Assembly (NCBI GenBank): GCA_036339735.1
Contig: JAYZAL010000087.1
Location: forward strand, 11,820 to 75,819
Direction of reading: 5' to 3'
DNA: 64,000 nucleotides
Source: Candidatus Poribacteria bacterium
Lineage (GTDB): Bacteria; Poribacteria; WGA-4E; UBA9662
Shown piece after piece: positions 29,032-38,454 of this stretch (positions are counted from its first letter, which is position 1; the number at the start of each line of letters is the position of its first letter). A program made the position numbers and the translations under genes. Under the pieces are notes generated by a model. It did not search any database. It worked only from the letters and a program-made list of their open reading frames with translations, and was not told where the DNA came from.

Positions 29032-29162
29032 CCCCCACCCAAACAGGTACTCTCAGATGGACAACCAGCAATCAGATCGAATTTGTTTTAACACATCACC
29101 ATCGGCTTACAGAAAAGCTCGAATTAAGTCTTGGAATCCGTTTCCGAAGCTAAGGAGCTAGT

Positions 29163-29600
29163 ATGACCGAAATTACACCTACGTCATCTTCTTTAGTAGA
29201 TGATGCTCAGACAGCTCGGCCCTCTGTACTTCACGTATGCACATCTTGTAGAACACCCGGCTCACCACGTGAGCCAGAAGAGAATCGAGCAGGTTTTAAA
29301 CTATATCAAGAACTTTCCACGGTTTTTCGAGACAGTACGTTGGGACACCATGTGAAGGTTCAGCCTACCGTCTGCCTCAACGTGTGCTCACGCCACTGTG
29401 GGATCGCGCTCTCTTCCCCTGGTGCCTGGAGTTATATCTTCGGAGACCAAAACCCAAGTGAGAGTACAAGTGATATCGTAGAGTGTTTGTCGATCTACAT
29501 CGGCACCGAAGATGGAGTCATGCGACGAGAGAAGCGTCCTAAGTCTCTTCGAACAAGTATATTGGGGCGTGTGCCACCCCAAGGTGGAATTACTGAGTGA
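29163..29600 (+). CDS. DUF1636-like Cys-rich thioredoxin-fold metal-binding protein
   Basis: LHVCTSCR, VCLNVCSRHC, WSYIFGD, GRVPP; AAGGAG RBS. Confidence 0.75.
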   Translation: MTEITPTSSSLVDDAQTARPSVLHVCTSCRTPGSPREPEENRAGFKLYQELSTVFRDSTLGHHVKVQPTVCLNVCSRHCGIALSSPGAWSYIFGDQNPSESTSDIVECLSIYIGTEDGVMRREKRPKSLRTSILGRVPPQGGITE

Positions 29601-29638
29601 GCAATTCATTTTTGAGTGATGACAGCAAACGTTTTCAT

Positions 29639-30142
29639 ATGAATAGAAAGCAACTCAATCACGTTCTCGATAGAGTAAAAGAGATTTGTACCCGTTCTGG
29701 CTGGCGTCTGACCGAAAAGCGCAGAGGTGTTTTAGAACTTTTGCTAATGTCCGATGTTCCTTTGTCGGCCTACGAAATCACTGATGCTTACAATCAGATC
29801 GCCAAAAAATCGATCACAGCCATGACCGTATACCGGATTGTGGGATTTCTCGAGTCAGAAAATTTGGTACACAAACTTAATTCAACCAATAATAAATACG
29901 TTGCCTGTTCCCATATTGCTTGTAGACAAGCGCACGAAATCCCACAATTTTTAATTTGTGGTGAATGCCAAACTACCAAAGAAATCGCATGTGGTGGATG
30001 CCCAGATGAGAAAGAAATATCAATTTCCAAAAATGTGATTGATGAGCTAAGCAAACTGGCCAGTAGGGCAGGTTACAGGCTTATAAATTCGCAATTGGAA
30101 CTGCGGGTTCTCTGCAATAACTGCTCGGTGAGTAAAGCTTAG
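29639..30142 (+). CDS. zur: Fur-family zinc uptake regulator, copy 2
   Basis: Close paralog of 27796..28296; ATG 29639 shares the TTTTCATATGAATA context with copy 1 (GTG 29597 is the alternative start). Confidence 0.85.
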   Translation: MNRKQLNHVLDRVKEICTRSGWRLTEKRRGVLELLLMSDVPLSAYEITDAYNQIAKKSITAMTVYRIVGFLESENLVHKLNSTNNKYVACSHIACRQAHEIPQFLICGECQTTKEIACGGCPDEKEISISKNVIDELSKLASRAGYRLINSQLELRVLCNNCSVSKA

Positions 30143-30144
30143 CT

Positions 30145-30582
30145 ATGTTGAATCGTTTTTATAAATCGCTTGAATCTATTACTACAGGGGAATTCATTTC
30201 GCTTGACGAATGCGTTAAACACTTGACTTTTAATAACCAAGGTTTAATCCCTGTAGTGACACAGTGTTACCATAGTAAAGATGTACTAATGCAAGCTTGG
30301 ATGAACCGAGCGGCAATTGAAAAAACGTTGACCTCTGGACTGATGACCTACTGGTCTCGTAGTCGTCAAGAGTTCTGGGTGAAAGGCGAAACCAGTGGTC
30401 ATACTCAACAGTTGGTGGATATGCGCTTTGATTGCGATGGAGACACCATCCTATGTCAGGTTAAGCAGATGGGCTCAGCTTGTCATACTGATCGCCCCAA
30501 CTGTTTTTACTTGCAGGTCGATACCGATAATCAAGTGGTAAAATTGCATAAAGCAGATCAAGACAAGAGTGATCAATCATGA
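30145..30582 (+). CDS. hisI: Phosphoribosyl-AMP cyclohydrolase, copy in the Zur-controlled operon
   Basis: GLIPVVTQ, YWSRSRQEFWVKGETSGH, DCDGD, ACHTDRPNCF. Confidence 0.93.
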   Translation: MLNRFYKSLESITTGEFISLDECVKHLTFNNQGLIPVVTQCYHSKDVLMQAWMNRAAIEKTLTSGLMTYWSRSRQEFWVKGETSGHTQQLVDMRFDCDGDTILCQVKQMGSACHTDRPNCFYLQVDTDNQVVKLHKADQDKSDQS

Positions 30583-30707
30583 TTAAAATCAAAATGATCC
30601 GTGTCAAACCCCTTCTGTATTGGAGTGTCTGGAGTCGTATGGGGTTGGCACTGTTTCTAAGCCTGATTATGTGGGCATTGGTATTAGGAATTATCCGTTC
30701 ATCATGA
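30579..30707 (+). CDS. Small 42-aa single-pass membrane protein (below the ORF-track cutoff)
   Basis: MIKIKMIRVKPLLYWSVWSRMGLALFLSLIMWALVLGIIRSS; ATGA overlaps with both the hisI stop and the ABC ATPase start. Confidence 0.72.
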   Translation: MIKIKMIRVKPLLYWSVWSRMGLALFLSLIMWALVLGIIRSS

Positions 30708-31447
30708 GTATTCAACTTAATAACCTTACGCTTACCTATGGGCGACATCCAGCAGTACATCATGTGACAGCGTCTATCGCCCAAGGAGATTGGCTAGCCA
30801 TTGTAGGACCCAATGGTGCAGGGAAATCGACTCTGCTGAATGCTATGGCTGGGCTAACTACAGTTCATCAGGGTGGAGTTGAAGGTAGCATTGAAGGTTT
30901 ATGTCCAAATGCGGTGGCCTATCTACCACAGCAAACACAGTTAGATAAAAGTTTCCCCATCAACGTGTTTGAGCTAGTAGTAACAGGCTTATGGGCTGAA
31001 CTTGGTTTTTCAAAGTCCGTGACTAGGAAACAATATGATCAATGTGCAGATGCGATAGCAGCGGTAGGCTTACAAGGTTTCGAAGACCGCATGATCAATA
31101 CACTTTCCGGTGGGCAATTACAACGCAGCCTGTTTGCACGAGTCCTTCTACAAGACCAATCAGTGATCTTATTGGATGAGCCTTTTAACGCAATTGATTC
31201 AAAAACCTTAGCTGATCTGACTGACGTAATACAGCAATGGCATCAAAATAAGCGAACCGTAATCATGGTGACGCATGACCTTGAATATGTGCAACAAAAC
31301 TGCCCCAAAACCATGTTGCTAGCACGAGAGTGCATTGGGTACGGCTTAACCGAAGATGTTCTTACCCGAAAAAATTTAAAGCGGGCAAGACAAATTTCTG
31401 AAGCATTTGATGACCATGCTGAATTATGTGTACAAGGTATAGCATGA
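30704..31447 (+). CDS. znuC: Zinc ABC transporter ATP-binding protein (ZnuC/AztA-like)
   Basis: GPNGAGKST, AYLPQQ, LSGGQLQR, LLDEPF, VTHD; ATG 30704 preferred. Confidence 0.85.
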   Translation: MSIQLNNLTLTYGRHPAVHHVTASIAQGDWLAIVGPNGAGKSTLLNAMAGLTTVHQGGVEGSIEGLCPNAVAYLPQQTQLDKSFPINVFELVVTGLWAELGFSKSVTRKQYDQCADAIAAVGLQGFEDRMINTLSGGQLQRSLFARVLLQDQSVILLDEPFNAIDSKTLADLTDVIQQWHQNKRTVIMVTHDLEYVQQNCPKTMLLARECIGYGLTEDVLTRKNLKRARQISEAFDDHAELCVQGIA

Positions 31448-31448
31448 T

Positions 31449-32315
31449 ATGAATGCACTATTAATTGGCCCCTTCAGTGATTATGTTTTTATGCAACGTG
31501 CGTTAGTCGGTAGTCTTGCCGTTTGTCTGGGTTCTGTACCTGTGGGAATATTTATGACATTACGACAAATGAGCTTAACAGGTGATGCTATGGCTCACGC
31601 CATACTGCCGGGGGCAGCCATAGCCTATTTGCTGTCAGGTTTATCTTTGGTGGCGCTTACCTTGGGGGGGCTGGTAGCGGGGCTCGTAGTAGCAGCACTG
31701 GCAGGTTGGGTTGCACGCAGTACTCACCTTAAGGAGGACACTAGTCTCGCGGCCTTTTATTTAGTCTCTCTAGCCTTAGGTGTTTTAGTGATTTCACTCA
31801 AGCACAGTAACGTGGACTTGTTTCATGTACTCTTTGGTAATATTTTAGCCCTCGATAACGCAGCATTATGGTTGTTAGCTAGTATAGCTACGATCAGTAT
31901 GGTGTTTATGGCTTTTTTATATCGCTCTTTGGTAATTGAATGTGTCGACCCTTCGTTTTTGCGTCGTTCCAGCAAGGCGAGCTCAATCGCCCATTACGGT
32001 TTTTTATTTTTAATGGTAATTAATTTAGTAGGAGGCTTTCATGCCCTAGGCACATTGATGGCAATTGGTATCATGATTTTACCCGCAGCAGCGGCCCGAT
32101 TTTGGGCGAAAACATTGGATGGCATTCTCACGACCTCTATACTAATGAGCTTTGCAGGTTGTTATGCTGGTCTATTACTCTCTTTCTACTTTGATTTACC
32201 TGCGGGCCCGGCCATTGTACTTTCATTGGGTATGGTTTACATGACCTCGATATTTATTGGTTTCAATGGTGGATTGCTTGAAAAATACTATTCGGGCAGC
32301 CACCTTACGGGATAA
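31449..32315 (+). CDS. znuB: Zinc ABC transporter permease (ZnuB/AztB-like)
   Basis: FMQRAL, GDAMAHAILPG, HVLFGNIL, LPAAAAR, PAGPAIVL. Confidence 0.87.
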   Translation: MNALLIGPFSDYVFMQRALVGSLAVCLGSVPVGIFMTLRQMSLTGDAMAHAILPGAAIAYLLSGLSLVALTLGGLVAGLVVAALAGWVARSTHLKEDTSLAAFYLVSLALGVLVISLKHSNVDLFHVLFGNILALDNAALWLLASIATISMVFMAFLYRSLVIECVDPSFLRRSSKASSIAHYGFLFLMVINLVGGFHALGTLMAIGIMILPAAAARFWAKTLDGILTTSILMSFAGCYAGLLLSFYFDLPAGPAIVLSLGMVYMTSIFIGFNGGLLEKYYSGSHLTG

Positions 32316-32319
32316 CACT

Positions 32320-33207
32320 ATGTATCAGATAAAAAGATTTTTAAAATCAATGTTTCTATGCCTATTTTTTTTGGCAAATGTCGTCAGCGCTGGCGACTCA
32401 AGTATTCGTGTTGTCACCAGCTTTTCTATTTTGGAAAACTTAGTCAACGAGTTAGGTGGTCAATACGTCAGTGTGATAAATCTAGTTAGTCGAAATAGCG
32501 ACGCGCATATGTATCAACCCAAACCCTCCGATGCCGTTTCTATTGCAAAGGCTGACTTGGTCGTCTTCAACGGACTGGGGTTCGAAGGCTGGATTCCACG
32601 TCTAATAAAAAATAGTGGCTACAAAAATAAACAAATTATTGCGAGTGAGGGCGTTGATGCCATTAAGAATGGTAAGGAGATTGACCCACATGCCTGGCAG
32701 AGTTTTCACAACATTCGTCTGTATGTCCAAAATATTACTCAGGCGTTGATAGAGCTTAGGCCACAGCATGTAAAAGCCTTAACCAAACGTCAGCAGAAAT
32801 ATCTAGGCTCGATAAGCAATTTAGAAAAGCGTCTCAAAAAACAGTTTGCAAGTATTCCCTCGAATAAACGTATTGTCGTGACTAGTCATGATGCATTTGG
32901 TTATTTAGGACGTGAGTTTAATATTCGGTTTCTAGCACCACTTGGGCTAAGTATAGAAGTCGAAGCTTCAGCTGAGGATGTGGCCGCCATTATCGATCAG
33001 ATACGTGAGCAAAATGTCAAAGCACTCTTTGTAGAAAATATCAATAATCCGCGCTTGTTAGAGCTGATTTCTGCCGAGACGAATGTTGCCATCGGTGGTC
33101 GTCTCTATTCGGACGCATTAAGTGAAATCAAAGGTCCAGCAGACACATATTTAAAAATGATGCGACATAATATCGAGTCGTTAATCAATAGATTAAATAC
33201 CCATTAA
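32320..33207 (+). CDS. znuA: Zinc ABC transporter substrate-binding protein (cluster A-I)
   Basis: DAHMYQP, NGLGFEGW, DPHAW, SHDAFGY, LYSDAL; no His-rich loop. Confidence 0.85.
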   Translation: MYQIKRFLKSMFLCLFFLANVVSAGDSSIRVVTSFSILENLVNELGGQYVSVINLVSRNSDAHMYQPKPSDAVSIAKADLVVFNGLGFEGWIPRLIKNSGYKNKQIIASEGVDAIKNGKEIDPHAWQSFHNIRLYVQNITQALIELRPQHVKALTKRQQKYLGSISNLEKRLKKQFASIPSNKRIVVTSHDAFGYLGREFNIRFLAPLGLSIEVEASAEDVAAIIDQIREQNVKALFVENINNPRLLELISAETNVAIGGRLYSDALSEIKGPADTYLKMMRHNIESLINRLNTH

Positions 33208-33238
33208 ATTTAGGGGTGAATAAAGTTAAGGAGTCAAG

Positions 33239-34681
33239 ATGAGCCAAAAAGTAAAAAGAAAACAACGAAAAGATAAAAAGAAAAGCCAAGCCCGTAACCG
33301 ATCGAAAGCAAATGTGGTCGAATCAAAACCATCAGTTCTTAATAAGATTCCCGTTACTGTACTGACAGGTTTTCTTGGTAGTGGTAAAACTACACTACTT
33401 AATCGCATTTTATCGGAAGAGCATGGCCTACGCATCGCCGTAATCGAAAATGAATTTGGTGAAATTGGGATTGACCAAGACTTAGTGATTAATGCTGATG
33501 AAGAGATTCTCGAAATGAACAATGGTTGCATTTGTTGTACAGTCCGTGGGGATTTAATTCGCATCTTGGGCGAATTAGCCAAGCGTAAAGACAAATTTGA
33601 CCGTGTGATTTTAGAAACGACAGGCATGGCTGACCCTGGTCCCGTAGCTCAAACATTCTTTGTAGATCAAGATATTATTGATCAATATGAACTCGATGGC
33701 ATTATCACCCTAGTGGATTCCAAGCATGTCAACGCCCACTTGGATGATGGTACTGATGAAGTTATGTCTCAGCTGGCTTTCGCCGATCGTATTATACTTA
33801 ATAAAGCGGATCTGGTAACTGAAGGCCGACTCTCCAGTTTAAAGACGCGCTTGCAGGAAATGAATCAAATGGCAGGGTTTTATTCAGCTACCATGGCCGA
33901 TGCTCCCATTGCTGAACTGCTGGATATTGGCGGTTTTAATCTTTCACGTGCCGTGGAGATGAAACCCAATTTCTTGGAGCCCGAATACCCCTTCGAGTGG
34001 GGTGGTATTTGGCAGTTGCCAGCAGGCCACTATCGTTTCCAGTTAGCCAACGGCCCGGACCCGGATATGACTTTTCTGATGTCTGAAGTTGAAGATGCCT
34101 CTGAATCAGCGGTCTTGGAGTTAGCAGAAGAGGTATTTGTCGAATTCTCAAGAACGCCAGCGCAGTTGTCACACGGACAGTCAATAGCTGAAGTTGCTAA
34201 GTGTTACAGGCTCCAACTGGTAGGCCAAGAACTCTATGAATTTCATCTCGAAACGGAAGACGCTAAGGATGTAGCGATTTTTTCTCAGCACACTCCGGAA
34301 GAGTTCGATATGAAATTGGTCAACCAGGATAATGCCGAATATAGTCCGGTCGCTGAACACTTTTTTAATGCCGAACATGAGCATGATGATGCTGTCTCAT
34401 CTGTTTCAGTTGAATTACCTGGATTATTTGACATAGAAAAAATCAACGGCTGGCTTGGTATGTTTCTCCAAGAAAAAGGCGTTGATATTTATCGCATGAA
34501 AGGTATAGTAGGATTAAAAGGCGAAAAACGTAAAATTGTGTTTCAAGGGGTTCATATGATTTTTGGTAGTGAGCCAGGAAAACCCTGGGGTGCTGAGGAA
34601 CCGGTAAACCGAATGATTTTTATTGGCAAAGATCTAGATGAAGAATATATACATGGTTCATTGCAAGCTTGTTTAAACTAA
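33239..34681 (+). CDS. COG0523 (CobW/YjiA family) metallochaperone GTPase with an internal insertion
   Basis: [33 protein letters not shown]-terminal RMKG...FQGVH. Confidence 0.92.
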   Translation: MSQKVKRKQRKDKKKSQARNRSKANVVESKPSVLNKIPVTVLTGFLGSGKTTLLNRILSEEHGLRIAVIENEFGEIGIDQDLVINADEEILEMNNGCICCTVRGDLIRILGELAKRKDKFDRVILETTGMADPGPVAQTFFVDQDIIDQYELDGIITLVDSKHVNAHLDDGTDEVMSQLAFADRIILNKADLVTEGRLSSLKTRLQEMNQMAGFYSATMADAPIAELLDIGGFNLSRAVEMKPNFLEPEYPFEWGGIWQLPAGHYRFQLANGPDPDMTFLMSEVEDASESAVLELAEEVFVEFSRTPAQLSHGQSIAEVAKCYRLQLVGQELYEFHLETEDAKDVAIFSQHTPEEFDMKLVNQDNAEYSPVAEHFFNAEHEHDDAVSSVSVELPGLFDIEKINGWLGMFLQEKGVDIYRMKGIVGLKGEKRKIVFQGVHMIFGSEPGKPWGAEEPVNRMIFIGKDLDEEYIHGSLQACLN

Positions 34682-34708
34682 GCAAAACGGTACAAGGCGA
34701 ATTTCTGT

Positions 34709-35146
34709 ATGAAAAATATAAAAAATATATTCCGCAACCTTGAAAAAAAACTGGAACAGTCAAAATGGTTTGGAGATGACTGGGAAATATATAATCGTGG
34801 CGTTTACTTACAACTCTACAAAGTGAATTGGTACAACGAGAATCAAGGTGGAATACATTTTGAAACCTATATTGAAGCGCCTCAGATTAAACAAAAATCA
34901 TTTCCAGTCTGTATGCATGCAGAAGAGGATTGTCCATCTCAACCAGTATTTATTCAAAAAATTCTGGATATGGAGGGCGATCGAATAAAAAGTTGGAAGG
35001 GATATCAAGCCAGCGGTAAGGGGTACGTTATTTGTCAGCGAACACTGTCGCTTAATTTGAAAAACCTAGAACAACGGCTTTTTGAAGAGTTTAACCGGCT
35101 TCGGCAGCTTGAAGCTTCCGTTGAAAAGGTACTACTCTCGATTTAA
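34709..35146 (+). CDS. Hypothetical protein
   Basis: 145-aa ORF in operon position; no family recognised. Confidence 0.6.
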   Translation: MKNIKNIFRNLEKKLEQSKWFGDDWEIYNRGVYLQLYKVNWYNENQGGIHFETYIEAPQIKQKSFPVCMHAEEDCPSQPVFIQKILDMEGDRIKSWKGYQASGKGYVICQRTLSLNLKNLEQRLFEEFNRLRQLEASVEKVLLSI

Positions 35147-35191
35147 TCACAAGTTTATTTGATTCAGAGGAATGAATGTGAGGTTAAAACT

Positions 35192-35380
35192 ATGAAACGA
35201 AATCAAAGTCCTTGCATAGATATGTGTATTTTCTCAGGACCTAAGGGATGGTGCTTGGGCTGTGGTCGTACTCGGAAAGAATGTCAGAAGTGGAAGAAAA
35301 TGAAGCCCTATGCTAAAATTACTCTTCAGAAGGAACTCAAAAAGAGGATGTCTCAAATAGAGGCTAAGCAAATCCGATAA
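35192..35380 (+). CDS. DUF1289-like small Cys-rich protein
   Basis: SPCIDMC...WCLGCGRTRKECQKW; GAGG RBS before ATG 35192. Confidence 0.78.
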   Translation: MKRNQSPCIDMCIFSGPKGWCLGCGRTRKECQKWKKMKPYAKITLQKELKKRMSQIEAKQIR

Positions 35381-35578
35381 AAAAGTTTAACCAAATTTGT
35401 TGCTGAAACCTCTGGAAGATTTTGGTTAGTCTGCTTAACCGTAAGGGGATATCAAAATAGTCAAGGACTCGGCTGAACTTGTAACGATTATTTCTGTTTG
35501 TCTTGGAAACTTGCGGATGTAGATTGGGTTTCTATTGATTCATCTTCTAATTTGGAGCAGGAATAGGAGGATTTTTCT

Positions 35579-35806
35579 ATGCCCGTGTACGATTTCGAAT
35601 GTATTGATTGTGAAATCATGTTTGAAGAAAAGCTATCCATTACCGAATCTGATAAAACTGTAAGCTGCCCCTTTTGCCAGAATCAAAATACGAAGAAGCG
35701 ACTTAGTATACCGATGATTTTCAAAAAACAGGCTAGCTCTCCAAGTCCTAGTCCTAACCAAGCTGCAGCATCAAGAAGACACTTCTCAGGCTGTCCTTGT
35801 TGTTAG
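35579..35806 (+). CDS. FmdB-type zinc-ribbon protein with C-terminal CPCC
   Basis: MPVYDFECIDC...CPFC...HFSGCPCC; AGGAGG RBS. Confidence 0.82.
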   Translation: MPVYDFECIDCEIMFEEKLSITESDKTVSCPFCQNQNTKKRLSIPMIFKKQASSPSPSPNQAAASRRHFSGCPCC

Positions 35807-35837
35807 TCATTATTTTTCATTTTCAGTGGTGAATCAC

Positions 35838-36872
35838 ATGAATCATATTACAGAATCCCCAATCCCAATTACTATTCTCAGTGGTTTTCTAGGAGCTGGC
35901 AAAACCTCACTACTCAACCATATTCTACATGGCAATCACGGATTAAAAGTTGGGGTGTTAGTGAACGATTTCGGTGAAATTAATATCGATGCCGAACTAG
36001 TAGCTGGTGCTTCTGACAACTCAGTCAGTTTATCTAATGGTTGTGTCTGTTGTTCGATTCGGGATGACTTGGTTGAATCAACACTCCAACTGCTAGATAG
36101 CTCTGATTGCCCCGAATACTTGATATTGGAGACTAGTGGAGTCGCTGATCCAGTAGCTGTAACCAGAACTTTTTTGGAAAGCGAACTAGAATCTAGGATT
36201 GAGATTGATAGTATCCTGACAGTAGTCGACGCCGATAATGTCGATCAATTGGATGGTGAGTACCAAGATTTAGCCCAAAATCAGGTTGGTATAGCTGACA
36301 TCGTGATCTTGAATAAGATTGACTTAGCTGACCAAGCGAAATTGGATCAGATAAAAACTTGGATCCAAGAACTGGTGCCGAGTGCTCGGGTAATCGATAC
36401 GACTCACGGCCAAGTTCCTCTGGAGCTCATTCTGGGGATTGGTCAATTCAAGATTGAAAGGCTTGCCAACCGTTCAGAATCTGATATTCATGTTCATAGC
36501 GCAGACGATGATCACGACCACCATCATGATCACGACCACCATCATGATCACGACCACCATCATCATGACCACACATTGGTTTTTAGTACTTGGAGCTATA
36601 GTTCGGATATGCCCCATTCTTACAAGGCTTTACGTCAAGCAGTGGAAAGTCTGCCTAGAACTATCTATCGAGCTAAAGGGATCGTCTTTTTAGATGAATC
36701 ACCCGACCGACGGGGCGTGTTTCAATTGGTTGGACAGCGAACCCGTGTTTCTGTAAGTGACGAGTGGGGAGAACAAACTCCTTATACTCATATCGTAGTT
36801 ATTGGTAGTGACGATGGGATTGATGCCGATGAGTTGAATCAACGATTTACGGCTTGTCAGGTTAAGAGCTAA
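35838..36872 (+). CDS. COG0523 GTPase with His-rich insert
   Basis: SGFLGAGKT, NDFGE, GCVCC, ETSGVADP, NKID, poly-His/Asp tract, RAKG; start 35826-35838 uncertain. Confidence 0.92.
   Translation: MNHITESPIPITILSGFLGAGKTSLLNHILHGNHGLKVGVLVNDFGEINIDAELVAGASDNSVSLSNGCVCCSIRDDLVESTLQLLDSSDCPEYLILETSGVADPVAVTRTFLESELESRIEIDSILTVVDADNVDQLDGEYQDLAQNQVGIADIVILNKIDLADQAKLDQIKTWIQELVPSARVIDTTHGQVPLELILGIGQFKIERLANRSESDIHVHSADDDHDHHHDHDHHHDHDHHHHDHTLVFSTWSYSSDMPHSYKALRQAVESLPRTIYRAKGIVFLDESPDRRGVFQLVGQRTRVSVSDEWGEQTPYTHIVVIGSDDGIDADELNQRFTACQVKS
36510..36563 (+). repeat. 18-bp tandem repeat x3 encoding the His tract
   Basis: (GATCACGACCACCATCAT)x3. Confidence 0.85.
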
Positions 36873-37274
36873 AAGACAGTCCATGGAGAAACGTAACTTT
36901 CCGTATTAGATTAGGTTAATCAGTATTGGTATCAGGTTGCAAAGAAACTGACCATCGTAAAAAATAAGAAATTAAATACCTGACACCGAATAATGCCAAG
37001 TTATGTATGGATGAGGTGGTAAAGCAGAAGTAGCATTTGAGGATAGGTCGGACTTCATTCCCAAAGCGTTAAATATTGGGAGTTGCCTGTGGTCCGTGTA
37101 TTTTGTAAAAAAGTATTATAGGCAAAGGAATGGAATAAGTGCTCGCTATATCATCCGAAGAGAAACAAGCTTCTGTTTAGGTAGATATTAAAGCCAAGTC
37201 AATCGATATGGATATCTGTAAAAGCTATGCGAACTGGAGTAAAAAGACCTCGCTAGAAATGTAGTACGGGATAA

Positions 37275-37526
37275 TCATTCATGCTGATTGGCTACCCCGA
37301 TGTTCGCAATAGTTTGACTAATGATAGTATCGAGATTCTGTTGGTTTCGATTGGCACTTTGAAAGGCTATCACCAGTGCGTTAATTAAATCGAACTCCAT
37401 CGTTTTTAACTGTTGGCTTAATTGTTGTTCCAAAAAGGTAATATCTTTCTTGTCGAGCGCAGTTGATAGTCGCTTTTCAACTTTCTCGATCGGTATGCGA
37501 ATGTCAGCTTGAATTTTCCGACTCAC
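37275..37526 (-). CDS. Hypothetical protein
   Basis: 83-aa helical-looking ORF with GAGG RBS before GTG. Confidence 0.5.
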   Translation of the reverse strand: MSRKIQADIRIPIEKVEKRLSTALDKKDITFLEQQLSQQLKTMEFDLINALVIAFQSANRNQQNLDTIISQTIANIGVANQHE

Positions 37527-37714
37527 CTTTTGTACCTCTGCATATTTTTAAATTCGATTTTTGTCAACTCACTACTAGCTTATTATCGGATGATTTAGAT
37601 TTAAAGTTTAGTTTTTCGATCAGAAGATGAATCCCAATGTTTTATATGTTATTTCTAATGGTTGATCTGTTAAACTGTGGCGTTTAGAAAATATACGAAG
37701 TAGGGTTATACTGT

Positions 37715-38440
37715 ATGAAATTCGGATTTAAACAAGGTACCAGTATTTGCTGGATATTAATGATTGTTACTTCTGTAGAGTTGGTCATAGCTAGCCAGAT
37801 TTTAGCAAACAAAGACAACGAATCTTCAATCAAATTACCAACAAATGCTCCATGTGCTGTATGTTCTACAGGTGAAAATACGGAGACATATCCTGTTCAT
37901 TCGTGGAGTAAATATCAGGGTGAAGTTTTCTACTTTCGTACCGTGGACTGTAAAAAAGAGTTCGACAGAGATCCTTTAGCTATTATTTTAGGTCCAACTC
38001 CACGCCCGTTACCTGATTTCGTGGCACAAAACTTGAAAGGAAAAATCGTTGATCTTAAGTCCAAAAAATACAAAAAAAAACTTATGTTAATTGATTTTTG
38101 GGCTACTTGGTGTTTACCTTGCTTAGAGAGTATACCGGAATTAAATCAAATTCAAAAAAAATACAAAAAGAAACTGACAATCTTGGGAATTTCACTAGAT
38201 ACAGGTCAACAGGCTGAAGGAAAAGTAAAAAAAGTTATAAGAGAGAAAAAAGCTTCGTATCCTATTTGGCTGGCTAATTCACAATCATCAGCATTTGAAG
38301 CCTTTAATTTGAAGAGCGTACCGACAATGTTTTTAGTTAACCGAAAACAGCAAATCGTAGCACAGTGGATGGGTAAAGTTAACCATGAAACAATTGAAAA
38401 AGCGATTGAGATAGCGGTTAGCGCCACTGAAGAAAAATAG
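37715..38440 (+). CDS. Secreted YHS/TRASH-like domain fused to TlpA-family thiol-disulfide oxidoreductase
   Basis: PCAVC...YQGEVFYFRTVDCKKEFDRDP, then IDFWATWCLPC. Confidence 0.82.
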   Translation: MKFGFKQGTSICWILMIVTSVELVIASQILANKDNESSIKLPTNAPCAVCSTGENTETYPVHSWSKYQGEVFYFRTVDCKKEFDRDPLAIILGPTPRPLPDFVAQNLKGKIVDLKSKKYKKKLMLIDFWATWCLPCLESIPELNQIQKKYKKKLTILGISLDTGQQAEGKVKKVIREKKASYPIWLANSQSSAFEAFNLKSVPTMFLVNRKQQIVAQWMGKVNHETIEKAIEIAVSATEEK

Positions 38441-38454
38441 GTTTACATAGTTAT

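Noticed and set aside
29057-29161. 34-aa ORF MDNQQSDRICF...NPFPKLRS ahead of the DUF1636-like gene
   Set aside because: Weak RBS and no recognisable motif; could be a leader peptide or remnant but cannot be supported.
28745-36570. Homology between the mini-lipoprotein tail and the COG0523 His tract
   Set aside because: The similarity is explained by low-complexity Asp/His codons.
36873-37274. Decayed gene in the gap after the second COG0523
   Set aside because: Short broken frames with no identifiable family.
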